From positions 1 through 42,893 of the IMG/VR virus record IMGVR_UViG_3300037424_002455: DNA of 42,893 nucleotides; one strand, given 5' to 3'. The notes below the pieces were generated by a model. That model was not told the DNA's origin and did not search any database. It worked only from the letters and a program-made list of their open reading frames with translations. Source of the DNA: a virus. Shown in pieces: positions 40,590 through 42,893 of the stretch. Every line of letters starts with the position of its first letter. Position 1 is the first letter of the stretch. Position numbers and translations under genes: made by a program.

Positions 40590-41432
40590 TTACGCGGCGG
40601 TCGTAAAGTCCACGACCGTATCTGTGAGCGTCTGACCGAACACATCGGTCACACCTGCGACGATCAACAGGTAATCAGTTGCGGCTCCCAACGACGCTGT
40701 TGGGTTAAGCGTCACGACCTTGCGCGCGGCGTCGATCGTGCGGGCGACTGCCACCGGCACACCTGCCGCAGTGGTCAGGATGATGCCAGACTCCGCTCCG
40801 CTTGCCAGCTCATTGTTGAAGGTGGCGGTCAGGTTTGCGGTGATCACTACATCGGTCGCCGCATCTGCGGGAACCGTGATCACGCTGAGCACATCGGGTG
40901 TATCAGGCAGTGCGGGCAGGGTTGTAGCGGTCTCATTGGCGACCACGTCGTATGCCTTGCCGCTCACCTTCACGCCGGTGAACTCGGTCTCGAGCATGAA
41001 GAACTCGGCGCGCTTGAACGTGCCTTTCGGCGCGGCGGTGAGCTTTGCCTTGAAGATCTTCACGTGAATATCGTCGCCTTCATCGCCCAGGCTCTTCCCG
41101 TAGATCTTGAAGTACGGGTACGTGGCAGAATCGCCCTGAAGCGTGGCGACCTGGTTCGGTGTGGTGCCGGTCAATGCGTAATCGTGACCCGTCATCAGCG
41201 AAAGCGCGCTGAGCGGATATCCGCCCTGCTTGAATGTGCCCTTCAACCCGATGGGTTGCGTCACCACACCTTGCAGATCATCGTTGCCGTAGAACTCGCC
41301 GGTCACGATCATCTCTTCGAAACCAAGCTCGAGCGCGGCGGGCAGGCTCACTCTCACCGTGCCAGCCATGTTCTCGATGATGATCTCTTTCAATCCAAAC
41401 GGTTTATCATTTTGCCCAGGTGTTGCAGTCAT
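40590..41432 (-). CDS. Major tail protein with a C-terminal Ig-like domain
   Basis: Start at MTATPGQNDKPFG with a GGAG RBS 8 nt upstream. C-terminus VITANLTATFNNEL...LLIVAGVTDVFGQTL is typical of bacterial Ig-like domains. Confidence 0.7.
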   Translation of the reverse strand: MTATPGQNDKPFGLKEIIIENMAGTVRVSLPAALELGFEEMIVTGEFYGNDDLQGVVTQPIGLKGTFKQGGYPLSALSLMTGHDYALTGTTPNQVATLQGDSATYPYFKIYGKSLGDEGDDIHVKIFKAKLTAAPKGTFKRAEFFMLETEFTGVKVSGKAYDVVANETATTLPALPDTPDVLSVITVPADAATDVVITANLTATFNNELASGAESGIILTTAAGVPVAVARTIDAARKVVTLNPTASLGAATDYLLIVAGVTDVFGQTLTDTVVDFTTAA

Positions 41433-41448
41433 AGCAATTTCTCCTTTT

Positions 41449-41862
41449 TTATAATTGGCGTACAGCCATAAATCGCAACGACCCAAGCGGGCAATCCAAA
41501 GCCTGGTCTCGTTGTTGATACACAGCGCCTGTGTATTCGATATTCCAAACCCGCGTCCCGATCTGCTTTTCATTCACATCTGCAAACGCAAGGGTCATGG
41601 CAGGTTCGATCACGTTGTATCCCTGCCGTTGATAAAAATAGATAACGAAGGAGGTCCGCACACTGGTCAGGTACGGACCCGTTGGGTTTTCATTCGGGAC
41701 CTTGATCAGCGCGCACGGTTTGATCTCCTTGTTTGAATCGAAGGCGGCGGCGGGGTTATACCTGCTGATCTCTTCGATGTCCGCATGGATGCCGCCCGTC
41801 AGGAGTGCCATCAAAGCGGAATCTGCCTGCAATGCGGTTTGAATGGATGCGCCAAGAGTCAT
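41449..41862 (-). CDS. Tail terminator / tail completion protein (DUF3168-like)
   Basis: MTLGASIQTALQADSALMALLTGGIH... matches the N-terminal pattern of the family. ATGA overlap with the MuF stop. Confidence 0.55.
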   Translation of the reverse strand: MTLGASIQTALQADSALMALLTGGIHADIEEISRYNPAAAFDSNKEIKPCALIKVPNENPTGPYLTSVRTSFVIYFYQRQGYNVIEPAMTLAFADVNEKQIGTRVWNIEYTGAVYQQRDQALDCPLGSLRFMAVRQL

Positions 41863-42893
41863 TTCAACCACTCCTCCAGCTTGTCACTGAACAGCCACAC
41901 CGCCAGATTGATCACCGCAGGTCGCAGGGATGTGGAAAGGTCCACGCCCAGGTCGGAAGCATACGCATCCATCTCAGCCCATTCCTGCTTCCCTTTCAAC
42001 CAGCCGTTCAACTGGCTTGTGAATTCCTTCTCCGGCATCAACACAGCGGTCTTGTAGCACAGGCATTCGGGGTGCAACGGCAGTTCTATCTCACCCACCT
42101 CATAAATGCCCTGTCCTTCACGCCCTGCCCCAACCACGTCATCACAGATGTCGGTCTCAGGATGCGCCTGGCTCAAATGGATCTGCTCTTCCTTCACCCA
42201 CGGCTGAGCCGCCATCATCCTGTCAGTGGCGAGATTGTGTATCTTCTGAATCTCGTTGCGCGCCAGCCTCAGCGCCTTATACGACACACCCTGACCGTTG
42301 CAATCGTCACCGCTCAACAGACCGGTCGTATCGCCGCCAGCGATCTGCGATTTTGTCCTGCCATACAGCCGTGTGGATGTCCAGCGCGGGCAATCTTCAT
42401 TTGCCCCAAGGAACTGCTCCAACTGTTTCGCAATATTGAAAGCCGAATCCCCTTTCTGGATGCCGTTCAGCAAGACAGCATTGATCCCGTCACGCGCCTC
42501 ACGGTCGATGCGGAAGACACGCCCCGAAAGGTTCATGTTGTCGCCATACAAATATTCGCCCGCCACCTGCAACAACAAATCCAACTGCGGCGTGAAGACA
42601 CCGTCAATGACGTTTTCGGTAAGCATCGCCTCGCTGACTGCTGACTGCTCACTGATCACTGTCTCCATCACCAACCGATCATGAAACACAGCCGTCACAC
42701 CAAAAGCGATCATGCCCGCCTCACGGCGCACGCGCAGGAATTCCTCTGTCCAGTCAGACCAGCTGTTCCCCCAGGCGGTTGTCAGGTCGCTTTGTGCAAG
42801 CAAGCCGGTCGAGCCATCCAACACGCCGTCCCTGCCTCCCCTCCGCAGTAAGATGGACTGTGCCTTGCCGGTGAACTCCAGCAACAACTCCTG
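41859..42893 (-). CDS. Head morphogenesis protein, Mu F / SPP1 gp7-like (3' part of the wrapped gene)
   Basis: C-terminal ...GEIELPLHPECLCYKTAV matches the HPxCxC signature I associate with the Phage_Mu_F domain. Follows the portal. Confidence 0.75.
   Translation of the reverse strand, partial: QELLLEFTGKAQSILLRRGGRDGVLDGSTGLLAQSDLTTAWGNSWSDWTEEFLRVRREAGMIAFGVTAVFHDRLVMETVISEQSAVSEAMLTENVIDGVFTPQLDLLLQVAGEYLYGDNMNLSGRVFRIDREARDGINAVLLNGIQKGDSAFNIAKQLEQFLGANEDCPRWTSTRLYGRTKSQIAGGDTTGLLSGDDCNGQGVSYKALRLARNEIQKIHNLATDRMMAAQPWVKEEQIHLSQAHPETDICDDVVGAGREGQGIYEVGEIELPLHPECLCYKTAVLMPEKEFTSQLNGWLKGKQEWAEMDAYASDLGVDLSTSLRPAVINLAVWLFSDKLEEWLK
42633..42660. repeat. Tandem heptanucleotide array inside the MuF coding region
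   Basis: gctgact gctgact gctcact gatcact, translated in frame as ..VISEQSAVSEA.. Confidence 0.8.
42767..42893. repeat. Terminal direct repeat, copy 2
   Basis: Identical to 1-127. Confidence 0.95.

Noticed and set aside
42767-42893. Terminal repeat as a genuine phage direct terminal repeat (packaging ends)
   Set aside because: It is exactly 127 bp, a typical maximum assembler k-mer. It also falls in the middle of a head gene rather than in a non-coding end region.

Overview
The window is a complete, circularly closed genome: bases 1-127 equal bases 42767-42893, so the unique length is 42,766 bp. It looks like a temperate siphovirus-type tailed phage, possibly a phage-plasmid. All but four genes are on the minus strand.

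Minus-strand order, starting from a divergent lysogeny switch at about 28.65 kb:
- Early accessory genes: small membrane and coiled-coil ORFs, a stand-alone GGDEF-like protein, an integron-type tyrosine integrase, two small ORFs each bracketed by perfect inverted repeats, a second tyrosine recombinase, and a C5 DNA methyltransferase.
- Replication: a DnaG-like primase, a P-loop helicase-like ATPase, and an iteron/AT-rich origin-like region.
- A compositionally extreme block: translationally coupled membrane proteins, ParM/ParR-like partition genes, a J-domain protein, an ASCH protein, a minimal PolX-like protein and a GT-C-like membrane protein.
- An IS1595-like non-autonomous insertion with an 8-bp target duplication.
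- A late promoter followed by an intrinsic terminator, then holin-like genes, terS and terL.
- Head and tail: a protease-scaffold-capsid fusion, connector proteins, portal, a MuF-like gene that wraps the junction, tail terminator, major tail protein, chaperones, a promoter/terminator-flanked moron, tape measure, distal tail proteins and fibre.

The plus strand carries an HTH repressor-like gene, a DUF4236/Excalibur membrane protein and a large serine recombinase.

Two families of host-type interspersed repeats are scattered through the genome: a GC hairpin element and tandem heptanucleotide arrays.

All functional calls rest on motif-level recognition and gene position. No database search was possible.
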